From NCBI RefSeq assembly GCF_009914755.1, contig NC_060930.1: 64,000 nucleotides of DNA; one strand, written 5' to 3'. This DNA is from the human T2T-CHM13v2.0 reference genome, Homo sapiens. The position numbers and the translations under genes are program-made. This document shows, one piece after another, positions 29,391 to 44,560 of the stretch (position 1 is the first letter of the stretch; each line of letters begins with the position of its first letter). The notes beneath the pieces were generated by a model. The model did no database searches. It was not told where the DNA came from and saw only the letters and a program-made list of their open reading frames with translations.

Positions 29391-29979
29391 ATTAGGGCAG
29401 TGTTTTGTTTTTTAATAGCTTTGGTAAAATTGCAATAACTTACAACTATTATCCCACTGTTTTGCTGCTTATTCCAAATGCTCATGTCCCAGAAGGGAAG
29501 AATAGCTATGATTCTGGAAGGCTGGGTTCAGTTTAGATATTGAACTTGAAAGAAGAGAGTGCTGAAAAATACAGCTCATACCTCAGATAAAGAAAGAGTC
29601 AGACTCTGAATGGGTTTAATTTAAAAATGGCTAATAGGCCACCATGGTTAATAATGAACCGGCTGTTCTTGACAGAGGCAACAAAAAGCCACACCAGGGC
29701 TAATCCTTTTAGTGGAACATAACATAGGCACTTTCAGGCTTATGAAGAGAAAAAACATTGACCATTGAAAAAAAATAGTCATTTTTACCCATTAAGAGTC
29801 CAATAACTCCTGGGGCAAAGCCCCAAATCCCCAGCAGTACCACCATACACAGGGAGTACAAGCCCATCACAGGATGAGAATAAGGAGTCTCAATTAAGCC
29901 CCCTGCCTTCTGATTCACTTGTTAGATGGGACAAATTTCAGAAATAAACAATGGACAGAGAGTAACATACTGTGCAATT

Positions 29980-30302
29980 ACCACTTGAGCATCCCTAATC
30001 CAAAAATTCAAAATCCAAAACTTTTTGAGCACCAACATAATGCCACAAGTGGAAAATTCCACACATGAGTACTTAACACAAACTTTGCTTCATGCATACA
30101 CTTTTTCTAATTTTGTATAAAATTACCTTCAGGCTATGTATGTAAGGTATATGTGAAACATAAATGAATTTCATGTTTAGATTTGGGACCTATCCCCAAA
30201 CTATCTTATTATGTATATGCAAATATTCCAAAGTCTGAAAAAATCCAAAATCTAAAACACTTCCAGTCCCAAGCATATCAGATAAAGGATACTCAACCTG
30301 TA
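29980..30302 (-). mobile_element. Tigger4/MER46-type DNA transposon fossil
   Basis: TIRs ttgagcatccctaatcc...ggatactcaacctgta. Confidence 0.75.
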
Positions 30303-32259
30303 ATAAGAACTGGCAGCCAAAAATCCATGTTCATTGGCTATTAAAATTAGAGTTAGAGCTGGATCCAAAACGCTGCTAGACATTGATGTATATTGTTGAA
30401 ATGTGAAATCAAAAATTTAATATTGCCTTCTCAGCCTCCATCATAACTCAAAGGCTATAGCAGAACCAACGAGAAAGTTGTAGAGTGCTTTGACATTACT
30501 GTTCTCAAAAAATAAACAACAAAAAATAGCTACTATTAGAATCTTTTGGTATTATAGAAGAGATAAGGGGAAGGAAATAATTAAGGTGTACAAGAGTTTG
30601 GCACTTAGGAAGAAGCTGCTTTGTTCTCTCATTCGTTGACCTAATGATTTTATTATGAATCACTCTTTTTGACATGCACTCTCACCTTCTTATTTTTCCA
30701 TGGGCCCACCACAGGTTTGGGTTAACCAAATCCTAACCTTGCATCAGTCATATGTTATCTTTCTTTTAGGCATCATCAAGGACATTAGGCGACTTATTCT
30801 CACGTATCTAAATCCTTCTTTGAGCCTTAGGCTTGTCTTCCAGCTCTCTCCTTAAAGCCAGTCTCTAAGAATGCGTGGCAATGCTTTGCCTCTAAACTCC
30901 CTGTATTCAAACTGCCGCCATTTTACTTAATTGGAGGGTTAACATCTCCCTCACTTTCCCCCAAATCCAGCTACTTAAAGCCTAGTTTTACTTGTGAATA
31001 ATATTTCACACCTAAATTATTTCTTAGAAAGTCATAAGACACTGGTGTATGCCTCTGAATGTTTATCACTTGGGTCTATTAATAAGTATTTTTTTCTGAA
31101 ATTCCACACTTCAAAGAAGTTAAAAATATGCCAGAGCTTTAAAAGACCACCTTCAAAGTCAATTAGCACCTATAAATTGTTATTATCCAGTTACTTGGAT
31201 AAAAGATTCACCTGATAAATGATTACATCAATTGTCAAGAATTACTGCGCTATCAGTATAAAAAGATAAAAGCATTTGGACTTCTTAAGTACATAAAGTA
31301 TACTTAAACGTAAGTATAAAGTATGCAAAATGAAATACTTTGATACACAAAATGTGATATAGAATGATAGTAAACTGAATTGATGTCATAAAAAATCTCT
31401 ACCTAGCTCTTTTAGGTAACAAATTTGGACCACTGGAATAATAACACAGACCGGCCCTTTAAATCTTAAGTGGGTTTTATCTAGTCTTAGTGGCAGCATT
31501 TTCTTTACTTTGGGAATATGTTCTGAAACCTGAATTGAAGTCTGTGGAAAATATGATTCAATATCCAAATCTGAACTTTATTCATGGCCTTTCAGGGAAG
31601 TACATACAATTAAAGAAAGGCTAAGTAAAATGAGTTACATCATGGTCGTAACTACCACTTGTAGAACACTTTCAATGAGTCAGGCATTTTATATGCTTTA
31701 TTTCTCATCTTAATCTTATATAGCAGACTTGAAAATGTGAATAACAGAGGCAAGGAAAGTTGAAGTAACTTACCCTTCATCACCTAAGCTAATATGTACC
31801 AGAGCCAGGATTCAAATCCAGCGCTGTCTGGCTCCAAAGCCAGGGCTTATTAGCTATAAAGAAATCACACTCCTGGGTCCCCTCAGTTCCCATCTGATGT
31901 GCTCCACGGAACAACCCAAGGAGGAGAATCAGTTCTGTCATCAACTGCCGCTAGCACCACCTGCATCCTCAGGAGGCAAGAATGCTGCCTTCATAAGCCA
32001 CATCACAAAAACACCCTCTGGAGGAGAGGCGGTGTAGTAAAAAGTATTTTTTCTTGGTTTTGTTCAAAGTGTGTCATGCAAAATGGATTGTAAATGGAGT
32101 AACAAAGAGAGCTTTTACAAATACCGATTCACGCTCTGCCCCCTGGAGATTCTGATGTGACTGGTCTGCAGGTAGGGTCTGAGCATCAGTATTTTTTTTT
32201 AAAGTTTTCTAGATGATTCTAATAGACGGCCACTGAGAACCCCCGTCCTAGAAGGTAGG

Positions 32260-32304
32260 GTGTGTGTGTGTGTGTGCAGGCGTATGCGTGTGTGTGTGTG
32301 TGTG
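32260..32304. repeat. Interrupted (TG)n about 110 bp downstream of the exon 4 donor
   Basis: Direct observation. Confidence 0.9.
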
Positions 32305-32411
32305 CCTATCCACCGAATATGTTATTTTTCTTTGTTCCCATACAACTGATAAAATTTGAAGCATAGGGGCAATAGGTCGGTGGTAATGACACACAACAAG
32401 GGCTCCATTAC

Positions 32412-32677
32412 CTGGGTGGTGTCTTCCATCAGCCCACGAATCTTCTCCACAACATCGTTTCTCCGGTGCTGGCGCAGGGCGCTAATTAGCTGGGCGAGGC
32501 TGGCCTCGGGGCCCCGGATGGTCCAGTGCTGCAGAGCTGCGTAGGCCCGCTCGTGGTCGGCTGTGTACCCATTGGAGAAAGCAGCAACCTCCCTCTCACT
32601 GGCATTGCAAAGAAACTGATAGATATCTTTCCACTGGCTTCCCACTTGGGCTGCTACAAGCTTCAGGATATCGATAC
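32412..32677 (-). CDS. TNFRSF21: TNFRSF21 coding exon 4: death domain
   Basis: Translates [88 protein letters not shown]. Acceptor tgtag|GT, donor CAG|gtaatg. Length 266 nt. Confidence 0.97.
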
Positions 32678-32999
32678 CTACACCAGAGAAAAAATAAAAA
32701 ACAAATGAGGGCTTGTAAGGGAAGCTTCTTACATAAGGCAGCTCTGCTTTAATGAATGAACTAGAAGAGGCACGCTTTCCTATCGCTGTATGTCAAAGGA
32801 ATGCATTGCCTCCCTTAAGCACTTGGCACAAGCAGCTCATCTTGTGGACTAGCTGGTACCCTCATACAAATTTCACTTCCTGAGTGTGGAACCAGAAGAA
32901 GGAATGATCATGGAATTATAATAAATCAGACCCAAAAAGATGTTTCGAAAGCCAAACCCAAATAAGGTATTCACGGTGATTCCTCTGTTACTATAGTAA

Positions 33000-33620
33000 T
33001 ACACCCTTGTTGAAGGAGAGGGGTGGATAAGTTCCAAGATCCCCAGTGGATGCCTTGAAGCCATGGATGGTACAGAGCCCTATACATACTACGCATGAAT
33101 TTCTTTTTCCTTCTTCACAATGTATGGATAGAAGATTCCTTCTTCTTGTAGATCTTAGCAACCTCAGCATACAATTGACTTTTCTTATTAAGTGGGGAAC
33201 TTTCATGTTTTCACTTAAAGGAAGCACTTTATGGCCGCTGGCATATCCAAATTATCAGCATCACTCCTCTCGAGCTTTGGGCCAATATTAAGTAAAATAA
33301 GGGTGACTTGAACACAGGCACTGTGGTACCAGTACTGAGACAGTCAATCTGATAACCTAGACGGCTACTAAGTGACTCACAGGCAGGTGAGGTCTCCAGC
33401 ATGGATATGGTGGACAAAGGGATGATTCCCTTCCCCAGCAGGACAGAGCAGGATGGTACGGGAATGTGAGATTTGATCGCATTACTCAGAATAGTGCATA
33501 ATCTAAAACTTATGAATTGTTTATTTCTGGAATTTCCCATTTAGTATTTTCGGACCACAGTGGACCACAGGCAACTGAAACCTTGGAAAGCTAAACTGTG
33601 GATAAGGGAGGACTACTGTA
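33000..33620. mobile_element. MER44/Tigger7-type DNA transposon fossil
   Basis: ttccaagatccccagtggatgcc body; right TIR ggataagggaggactactgta. Confidence 0.7.
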
Positions 33621-34611
33621 CTAAATACAATAGTAACCAAGTAAGTTAGAGGCTCCCATCTAAAAACATGGTGACTTCATGACATTTAGAAAAAGGGAAG
33701 CTGCAAATTAAAACTGTAATGGACTTTACCCAGAACTGTCTAGGTAAAAGGTTTTCAAATTCTGGGAATGGTGTCCTTTATATCAACTAACAGTGTGCCC
33801 AGCTGTTCCAGGCCAATAGAAGCATTCCTGAAGAACACCTAAGTTGTGCTCAAATTCATGTTCAACAAGCAATTTTCTAATTCATTATTCAGTCTTCCAA
33901 CTTGGCTTGCATAGTTATAATGAAGACAGCAGCCAAAATGACTGTATAATAACAATAGCTATTATCTTCCAGGTATTATGTTAAGGCATTAGCTCACTGA
34001 ACATCTTTATAAGGCATTAATATTCCAATTACACAGGTAAGAAAAAAAATACACTTAGAAAAGTTAGGCTACTGGCCCAGTATCACAAAGGTAGGTGAGT
34101 TGGTTATTGAACCCAACTCACCAGTTTTGTAATTCAAATCCTGTATGTGTAACCACTATGAAATGTGACAGTATCGATGGTACCTTCCAAGATGAAGGAA
34201 ATGCCTTGGCTTATAATGACTATGGCTGGTTAGTCTGACAGACAGCTGTCCCCAATGATTCAATATATTATCATCCTGGCTCAGCAGTCACTTGAAAACC
34301 CAGTGAGTGTGCATCTGTGGTCCCCAGATCTGATGAACAGATGAAATGGTGATGATGAAATTGGTGAAATGCAAAAATCAAATCTCAAGATCCAAAAACT
34401 CAGGATAAGCACCTGGCACCAACCGTTCGTGAGGGGAGGCTCTCCCTGAGTAGCTCACTTTGGTGTCTCTCTGTTTATGGCGTCTTCTCTCTGCAATTAC
34501 ACATTGGCTTTGCCAGGATTTACATGTGGGATGCATATATCACCCTTATAGTAAGGGCCCTGGTATTTTACTACAACGGGTGAGTGAGTCCTCTGAATCA
34601 ATGTCATGTCT

Positions 34612-34918
<307 letters not shown>

Positions 34919-35398
34919 AATATCATGTCTTTGAATGAGGTCACGCTCACCTGCCCTGATAACATAGCTGTTATAGTTAACAATATCTTAAAAAATATTT
35001 ACTACTCAATAAAAAAAAATAGGGTCACATTCCCAAGTGAGGCTTAGGAGAGAAAGGAAAAGAGAAGAATAAAGAGGGGTTTACTGTTCTGATTTCTCAA
35101 TCAAAGGTTTCCTAGAAAAAAAATAAAAATATTTTTTGCACCCATCAGTTGTTCAGGAAAATATTTATAAAATGAGCTATCAATTATTGCTAATAAAAAC
35201 AATAATAATTATAAAAGTTTCTGTAAAAACGAAGGACGCTGTGGCTCCTCAACACGCATTCTTACTTTGCCAGGCAATCCTATTGAGGCAGATGATGTGG
35301 AAGACTGTATACACATTCTGCACCAATCCACTGAAAATGGTTTTCAAAAATCAGTTCCTAGTAGAAGGCTGTTTTCCTGTCAACTATAAAAGTAGAAT

Positions 35399-35685
35399 GG
35401 ATGGGCAGGGTGGCTCACACCTGTAATGCAGCACTTTGGGAGGTTGAGGCAGGTGGATCGCTTGAGTCCAGGAGTTTGAGACCAGCCTGGGCAACATGGT
35501 GAAAACCCATTTCTACAAAAAATACAAAAATTAGCTGGGTGTGGTGGCATAGGCCTATATTCCCAGCTACTTGGGAGACTGAGGTGGGAGGATTGCTTGA
35601 GCCCCAGAGGGGAGGTTGCAGTGAGCCAAGATTACACAACTGCACTCCAGCCTGGGTGAGAGAGGGAGACTCTATCTCAAAAAAA
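35399..35685 (+). mobile_element. AluJ
   Basis: TSD aaaagtagaat. Confidence 0.92.
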
Positions 35686-37228
35686 GTAGAATGCCACAAA
35701 AAATTTAAAAAGGATGCCACAAATTGAGTCATTACTGTACTTCTCACACAGTTTTCCCTGGCAGTGTGAAGTTACTTGAACCAAGTCCTTTTCAGTTTTC
35801 CGAGCAATGTTTAGTCAGATACAGAGCTTTTGATTTCAAGCAAATAGACTCCTCAGAAAACCCATAACTGATTTTAAACCCTGCAGGTAACTTTAAGGAA
35901 TAAGCCAGCTCTTTGTGATTGATGTGGTAGACTCTTCCAAACACCAAAAGTCTTGTTAGTCCCTGAATCTTAATTTAGATCAATTTGACTAAGGTCCACA
36001 GTGTCTTACATGAAAACATGACCATGTTTTCTGGTAAGTAGGACCATTGCTTAAATCTTCATAATGCCGATGACAGTGGCTTTGGGCAAACCTCTAACTG
36101 TCATGTCCATTTCCTCATGTGTACAATGGAGAAACTCACTAGGGTCACTGCGGATAAGCTGATTAACATTTTCTATAGAGTTACTTTATTTTTGGAAGTG
36201 TTCCCATCATTATGAAAGCTCCATACACAGAGGACTAAACTTAAGGCTCAATGCATTTCAGATGCAAATACACGGCCTTTACGAAGTAATTACAGAGTTT
36301 AAAAGGTTTAAGTTTAACAACCCCTCCTTCCAAAACCCAGTACTGTATTTATCCTTTTTTTAAGCCACAAAATAAAGAAAAAAAGAAAAAAAAACCCACA
36401 AAGAATAGATACAATGAAATTTCCCTAAACTAAAATGGACTGGAAGCTAAATTTAAGGCCTACAAATCAGGTTTCATCTTGTTCTCTCTCTCAGCTAGAT
36501 TCTCTACTATGAAAACATGGAGTCAACTCCATGAACTGGCTGGGGTCGCCAATGTTCTTCACTGCTGTCCTCTCCCACCGTGGAGTTGATAAATCAAAGA
36601 TAAATCAATGACTCCCTCAGGGGATACCAACCTTTTAGTCTAGCACATTATCACAAAACCCCAGTGAGGAGACCAGACTGGGGCTTTGAATGCCTTCCTT
36701 GTGTAGGAAAAAGTGTTAGTCAAAAGAAAACAATCAACTACAGAGAAAAGCAGGAGGACGATTTGCCAAATTGAGATAGTTACCTCTTTGGGGAGGGGGA
36801 AGGAGCACAGAAGGGATTTCAAAGGTATTCATAAAGTTCTGTTTCCTAGGCTGGACAGTGGAGAAATGGGTTTTCTTTTCATGTTATTACTTTTATTTGA
36901 GATTTATTTTACTATTCCTTTTTAAACTATCTATATAACATACACATATATAAGATGTGTTTATAAATACTTCATAAATACACATGGTTAAGTGTTCAAT
37001 TTTGTTGGCAAGGAAATCGCATGTTGGGGTTGGTGACTAGTGCAAGGTCACCCACCCAGTTAGTGATGCCTCAATTGTGGTTAATAGGGAATGTGATGCA
37101 GTGGAGGAACATTATTATTTGCTGGAATTATTCTCCTCAGGCATGGCCATCCAGCCTAGGATGAACGCACTCAAGGCTGGCCACAGTGTGTGTGCTGCCT
37201 CCTGGTCTGTTATTACTGACCAAGCATA

Positions 37229-37617
37229 TGTTGGTGCAAAAGTAATCATGGGCTGGACGGGTGGCTTATGCCTGTAATTCTTTGGGAGGCTGAGGTGAGT
37301 GGATCCCTTGACCCAGGAGTTCATAACCAGCCTGGCCAACATAGCGAAACCCTGTCTCTACTAAAAATACAAAAAATTAGCGAGGCGTGGTGGTGCACAC
37401 CTGTAATCCCAGCTACTCAGGAGGCTGAGGCAGGAGAATCACTTGAACCTGAGAGACAGAGGTTGCAGTGAGCCAGGATTGTACCACCGCACCCCAGCCT
37501 AAGCAACAGAGTAAAACTGTCTCAAAAAAAAGAAAAAAATAAAAGTAATTGTGGTTTTTTTTTTTTTTTTGGTCACCAAAATGGCAAAGACCACAGTAAC
37601 TTTTGCACCACCTAATA
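37229..37617. mobile_element. MADE1 (Hsmar1 MITE) interrupted by an Alu
   Basis: TIRs ttggtgcaaaagtaat and taacttttgcaccacctaata. The Alu TSD duplicates aaaagtaat. Confidence 0.8.
37251..37539 (+). mobile_element. Alu inside MADE1
   Basis: Full Alu. Confidence 0.92.
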
Positions 37618-37657
37618 GACACTGGAACAGTTTCCCCAGGGACTTTATTTCTTTTCT

Positions 37658-37890
37658 TGTGATCTCAGCTCACTGCAGCCTCTGCCTCCTAGGTTCAAGA
37701 GATTCTCCCAACTCAGCCTCCCTAGTACCTGGGACTACAGGTGTTCACCATGCCCGGCTAATTTTTGTATTTTTAGTAGAGACGGGGTTTTGCCATGTTG
37801 GCCAGGCTGATCTCAAACTCCTGACCTCACGTGATCTGCCCACCTCAGCTTCCCAAAGTGCTGGGACTATAGGAGTGAGCCACTGCATCC
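37658..37890 (-). mobile_element. Alu (3'-truncated)
   Basis: Alu consensus motifs. Confidence 0.9.
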
Positions 37891-37955
37891 TTTATTTCCT
37901 TTCTTTAAATCTATGATACCCTAAAAGAAAGAGAAAAAGAGAGAGAATGAAAGAA

Positions 37956-38159
37956 GTCAGCAAACTTTTCCTGTAAGGACAGCAGTAAATATTTGAGGCT
38001 TTGAAAACCATACAGTCTCTGTCATGACTCCTCAGCTCTGTTGGAGCATGAAAGCAGCCACCAACACCACAAATGAATGTGGCTGTGTTCTAATAAAACT
38101 CGACTTACAAAAAAAGTAGGCTGGATATGGCCCACGGGCTGTAGTTCACCAGCCCCTGC
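37956..38159 (+). mobile_element. MER58A hAT-Charlie element
   Basis: gtcagcaaacttttcctgtaa...tggcccacgggctgtagtt...cccctg. Confidence 0.75.
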
Positions 38160-38504
38160 AATTACAGCAATTTAAAGAGACCTTGGGTAGGACTGTCAAA
38201 TAGCATAAAGATTTAGAAAAGCATTTCATTAAAAGAAAAGAAACCACACTCAGAAGACAATGAAAGTTCCCACCCCAATTATTAACCTCAATGTGAAATG
38301 ACAGTAAGTGACATGGAGACCACCTCTCTGCTTGGCAGGATGCCCAGTCATCTGCCCCATCGGAGTTCCCAGGGTTTTTGTCAAGATTGGTGACAGTAGC
38401 TATGTGTTGAATTGATCTAAATTGTTTAACTGGATGTGATGCCAAGTGTCTTTTTCCTTACATTGAAAAGTAACACAACCCTCAACCCACTGAAGGGCTG
38501 ATAG

Positions 38505-38830
<326 letters not shown>

Positions 38831-41540
38831 AACATTGCCTTTTCCCGTGGTGCCAGATCCTGGAGCTCTGGAGAATGGATGAAGTTTCTGAGGAGGTCAT
38901 CAAAGGAGTCAAGCCCTATACATCCGAGGCTGTACTAGTTAGGAACTATCTGAGAAGGTGGCCCTGGCCCCTGGAGAAAAGCATGAGGATGGGAAGGATC
39001 AGGTAGTGGGAAGATCATTGGTAGTAGTCACAAGATATGGTTTCAAACTCCAGATTTGTGACTTGTTAGTTGCATGACCCTGAGCAAGTGGCAACCTCTC
39101 AGATTTCACTTTTCACTTAAGTAAAATAGAAACACCCCCTCTTATCTGGTAGAGTGGTTAAGGAGATTTATGCGATCAAGTATTAAAGACTCCTAGGGTG
39201 GCATATCAGTACAATTCGGCTCTGCTTCCCCTGCCCCTCCATTTCTGCTTGGACAAGTGTCATTGGGCCAATGAACCTAAAAGATGGGAAGAGTTCTGTA
39301 CAAACACAGGTTTTAGCACTGGGATTATTGGTGCTGAACAATGAAGCCAAGCACCAGACTCCCGGCTTCCTGTGTTTCTTGGAACCTCACACGTACATGT
39401 TAGGAGATGGCTGAAGTCATCCACAGGAGGGTTTATGTGGAAGGAAAAATGCTGCTGCTACCGCCTCTGCCACATGCAGGGCATCACAGCAGTACTCAAT
39501 GGGTTCTTCCAAGTGAGCTGGTACTGACTTGATCCCCAGCAGGAGAGCTCAAGAACTGAGGTATGAGCTGATAAACTGGGTTATTATGGAAGAAATGGCA
39601 ATTTCCAGTGCATCATAAAACCTTGAATTACATATTATCTGGGGGACAATCCTAATTTGAAGCTCATTTTTTAAAAGCTGAATATCAGCTTCAGGATGCA
39701 AAAATGGGTTCCTTCTCTTTTAATAAAAACCCAAATTGACCTTTATAATTAGAGAAAATGTGAAGGCTGTTTTCCTTTTGGAGATAAATATCTGGAATGA
39801 ATGTCATCAATGAGAACCCATATCAAAGCCCTCCTTGGATGAGGTATAAAGGACAGTGAAGACAAAGCTGGAGGAAGCAAAGGCTGCCTGGAACTATACA
39901 ACATAGCACTCAGTTTCATGCTGCACAATCAGGCTTCGTGCAGAATGGGTGCATCTAAGAGACAGGTTTATAAACTTTTTGATGGTATCAAACTCATCAT
40001 ATAAAAAGATTCAATCACCCCCAACACATCTTGTTACATGTAATGTCAGTTCTCATTATTCTTCTAGAAAGAGAGTGTAAAGGGACAAATAATGAGAAAA
40101 TTCCCAGGGAGGCAATTAATACACAACCTCCTCCCAGGACAGACAACTCCACAGTTATCCCTGTGCCAGTTTCTCAACACACAGCAGTCTCCTGAGATGT
40201 ACACATGGAAGACGGGAGACATGAACTCAAGACAGCCTCCCTTCTAACACCCCCCAAAACCTCCCTAAAAGACATGCTCCTAACAGGCACGCACTGTGTC
40301 CATAACCTTACAAGCTGCAGATACAGGGACAAAGATGGCCACAGCACATACAGCAACTATACAAAGCAACATATGTCAAAGTCAGAAATTGGAATAAAAG
40401 CCTGGCTTTAGCATTACTGGAATTGATGTTCCACATACAATGGTCTTGTCCTCCAAGATGCCTTTGAGGCCAAGCCCAAGACCACACTGCTTTGACTAGC
40501 AGCATCCCCAGCACCTGTCAGAGGAATACCACAAATATCTTTGGATAAATGAATGAGAGTCTTTTTTTGTCATCCCTGCCCTCTTGACTGACCCTCCTCA
40601 CCATTCGTCATCTCATTAGCTTCTGTAACCTAAGCCACTGAGAACCTGGGTGGCCCCAGGCCCACACACACCCTAGCCTTGTGGCCCTGCCAGATCTCTA
40701 GCCTCTATAATAATGAGAAGAAAGGACAACAGTTCTATGGTGTCCTATGCTCACCACTGGGTGAAACCTGGGCTCCCAGGGACCCTGTTCTTGTACAAGG
40801 GCCTCTCCCTCTGCCAGTGCCCTCTTCCCATTTAGAGTGATCCACTACGTCCACTTTAGTGGCCAGAGCTCATAAGCAGGAAAGTTCTCCCAGATTCTCC
40901 CACTGCAGCAAAATCCTTCTGCTGGGATCAGCTGTCCAAGCTGTGGTCTCTCCAGCCTAATAACAGAGTAAGTGCTCCTAAAAGCAACATACCCACATGT
41001 ACCTGTGTTTCATAGTAACCAGTATACGATAGCATGGTTAAAAATCTGTATACCAACAGCAGTAACTTCCAGTGCATCCACTACACAGGAAACTGCTTTA
41101 TTAGTGCTAGGAACTTTGTATGCCCCAGGTTAAAAATAGTCCTTCCCTAACTGAGGTGTAAAAGTTAGAAGATCTGTTTAGATTTTACTTTAGCTGCAAA
41201 AAATTATTTCTGAAGCAGAATTTATCACTATCTAGTTGAAGGTTTAATAGACAATAACCGTAAGCTCAGATGAACCTTGGGGACTACTAAGAAAGAGAAA
41301 GAAAAAAAAGAAAAAACACCGTGCAAAGAACTCTTGAAGTAAATGGACAACATGTTTTCCAACGATAAACTATCAAAACAGTAGACAATTTTCCAAATGG
41401 AAGAAATATCACTGATACTGTGAGGAAAATGGATAATCTTTTATTTCATTCCACTGGGCAAAAAACAAAACAAAAACATCCCTCCTTCCTGCTTATCTTA
41501 GTCTGTTTTTGAAGCTATCTCAAATATCTGAAGCTGTTAA

Positions 41541-42850
41541 CTTATTCATTCAACAAAAATTTACTGAGCGTCTACTTTGTGCCAGACACTTTTCTAGGTA
41601 CAGGAGATATGGCAGAGAACAAATGCCAAGTGAAACAAAATCCCTTTCTTTGTGAAGGTTACATTCCATTGGGGGGAAGTAATAAAACATAAACTGTGTT
41701 AGATAGGGAGGAGAGCTAAGGAGAAAAATAAAGCAGGTAAAGAGGATAGGGTAGGAGGTGATGAGGCTGCCACATCTAAGAGAAGCCTCACAGAGGTAGC
41801 ATCAAGCCCCTAATGGAGAAAGCTGTGCAGATTATCTGTGGAAAGAGGGTTCTGGGCAAAGGGAGCAGCAGGTGCAATGGCAGGAAGGGTATTGGCATGG
41901 ACAAGGAGGAGCAGGAAGGCTGGCATGGCTGGAGCAAGTGGGCCAGGGAGAGGGACCAAGAGGAGTCGCAGAGAGAGAAAAAATTGGAGTCAGGAGAGTG
42001 CAGATCACATCCGGCCTTTAAGCTGCTACTATGCATTCAATAAAAAGTCACGGGAGACCTTGGGGAGAGAAATGACACAATCTGACTTTACATTTAAACA
42101 GTATCATTCCAGCTGTTGTGCCAAGAATAAACTGAAGGGAGCACAGATAAAAATGGAGCAACCAGTTAGAGGCCACAGCAGTAATCCAGCAAGGAGGTGA
42201 TAGGGGTCTGGGCCAAAGTGGTGGCCATGGAGGTGATGGGAGGTGGTGGACTTCTCCATGTATTTTGAAGGTAGAGCTGACAGACAGGATTTACTAATGA
42301 GCCAAATAAGGGGTGAGAATGTAATAAAGGAATCAAGGATGCTAAGGTTTCATCCTGAGCAAGTGGAAGACAGGGGACCACTTTCTGTGATGGGCAATTG
42401 ATGTGGAGGTATGGTTTGTAATTTGGTGTTAGACATCTTAAGCATGAGGTGCCTGTTAAACATCTGGGTCTGCCAAGCAGGCAGGAGCATATTTCTATCG
42501 TGAGTGCAGGTAAAAGGTCCAGGCTGGAATATGCACTTGGGAATTACCAGCAGATAGATGGTATTTAAAGTCGTGGGTCACCAAGGGAGAGAGAGTGTGT
42601 ACATTGAAAAGAGGTGCAAGCACTGAATCCTGGAGCTCTCCACTGTTTAGAGGTCAGGAAAATGAGGAGGAACCCGCCATGGAAACAGAGAAGAAACAGC
42701 CCAAGATGGAGGAGGAAAACCAGGACAATGTGGTATTTTGGAGGCAAAGGGAAGAAAGTGTTTCAAGGAAAAGGGAGGCAACAGTGTCGCTTGCTGCCAA
42801 TAGGCCAAGCAGAGGAAAACTGAGAACTGAACAGTGGCATTAGAATCATG
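41541..42850 (-). mobile_element. L2 LINE fragment
   Basis: L2 3' terminus attcattcaacaaaaatttactgagc...gtgccag, followed by a purine-rich L2 body. Confidence 0.75.
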
Positions 42851-43346
42851 TTGTCACACTCTATGGAAAAAAGGTGAGACTGCAGCTGAAAGATCACCAT
42901 ATTTACTAATTCTAAGACACCTGAATGTATATTTTAATCAATGTCTTTTCATAGTTTGGTTGCATTATTTCCTTTTTCTACTTAGTGGTATATAAAAGAG
43001 TGGTATGTCTCACAATTAATTGTGTGTCAGATTTGGTGAAATATAGTTAAGAGGTTTTTTATACTTATAAATTTGAATTTACCTATTTGTTAAAATTTGA
43101 CACAACATCAATAAGCCTAATATGTCCAATTCTATACATACATTGCCATGTTAGCCACCAATTACTCATGAAGAACATCAGCAGAATTCCAGAAATTCCT
43201 CTTCTTCTGCAAAATCTGCTTACATAATACCTGACCAGGTTGACTCAAGGACATACATTTTTAGATTTTTTTTTCCTATTTGTATTTGAGTCCTATGTGG
43301 GAGAAATGCTGATTTGCTTTTCAATATCCCAAACAGCTTAAATTTA

Positions 43347-43697
<351 letters not shown>

Positions 43698-44528
43698 AGC
43701 TTCACCCTAAAGGCTAGAGAACAGTCACTAGAGGGTGGGTCTGAGGAGAATCACAGTCTCTGACTCCCAAGGTCGAAGGCCATGCCTCTGGCCACCTTGT
43801 GCATGAGATAATGCTTTTTAGGCTACAAGCATAAGAGGCTTTTCTCCTGCCAACAGTTTTGGGTGCTTTATAATCCTCAAACACCCTAAGAGGTTAAAGA
43901 GAAAGGTGTTGTCTAGTGGAAATGGCATTCCTGGACTCAGAGGTGGAAAAGGCAGTGGGATGGGGGCGGGGGTGAGAACAGTCCAACCCCGCTGCTGGAA
44001 AATGACTGCGGCTGTCAGCCCATAGCTGGAACGCTAGGACACAGCAGCCTCTTAAAGGGAATAACCTGCTCCCTTCAGCCTGGCTTCCTGGTGTTTACAC
44101 TTCAAGTCTACTTCCCATAGGAAATCTGGGCTGACAGACAGGATGACTGTCTGGAATTTTAAGTCAAAAAGTCTATCTGGCAAAGGAGGGAAAGCTTTGG
44201 TTGCAGCAACTGCTGCTGCTGTTGCCACTGCTGTCTGGTGATGAGAAAAACACCAAGTTAAACAGAAGGGAGTTCAGATTAGAAGGACTCCATCACCTCT
44301 GACTTACTTGAAACAGCCTCTATTTCTTAAAACAGCCTTGTAGAGCCTTCAGCCATTGGGTGTCTGGCTTTAGAATTTTTCTATTTCAAGCAATTTATGA
44401 ACAAGTAGGATATCTGAGTGATTTCTACAGAGGAAAATTTACTGTTGATGACAATTTTGTAGGCGTTTTATTCCAGAACAAGCTGGGCTTTGCTAAGGTA
44501 ATAATTTTTTTCTTGACTGAGCACAGTT

Positions 44529-44560
<32 letters not shown>

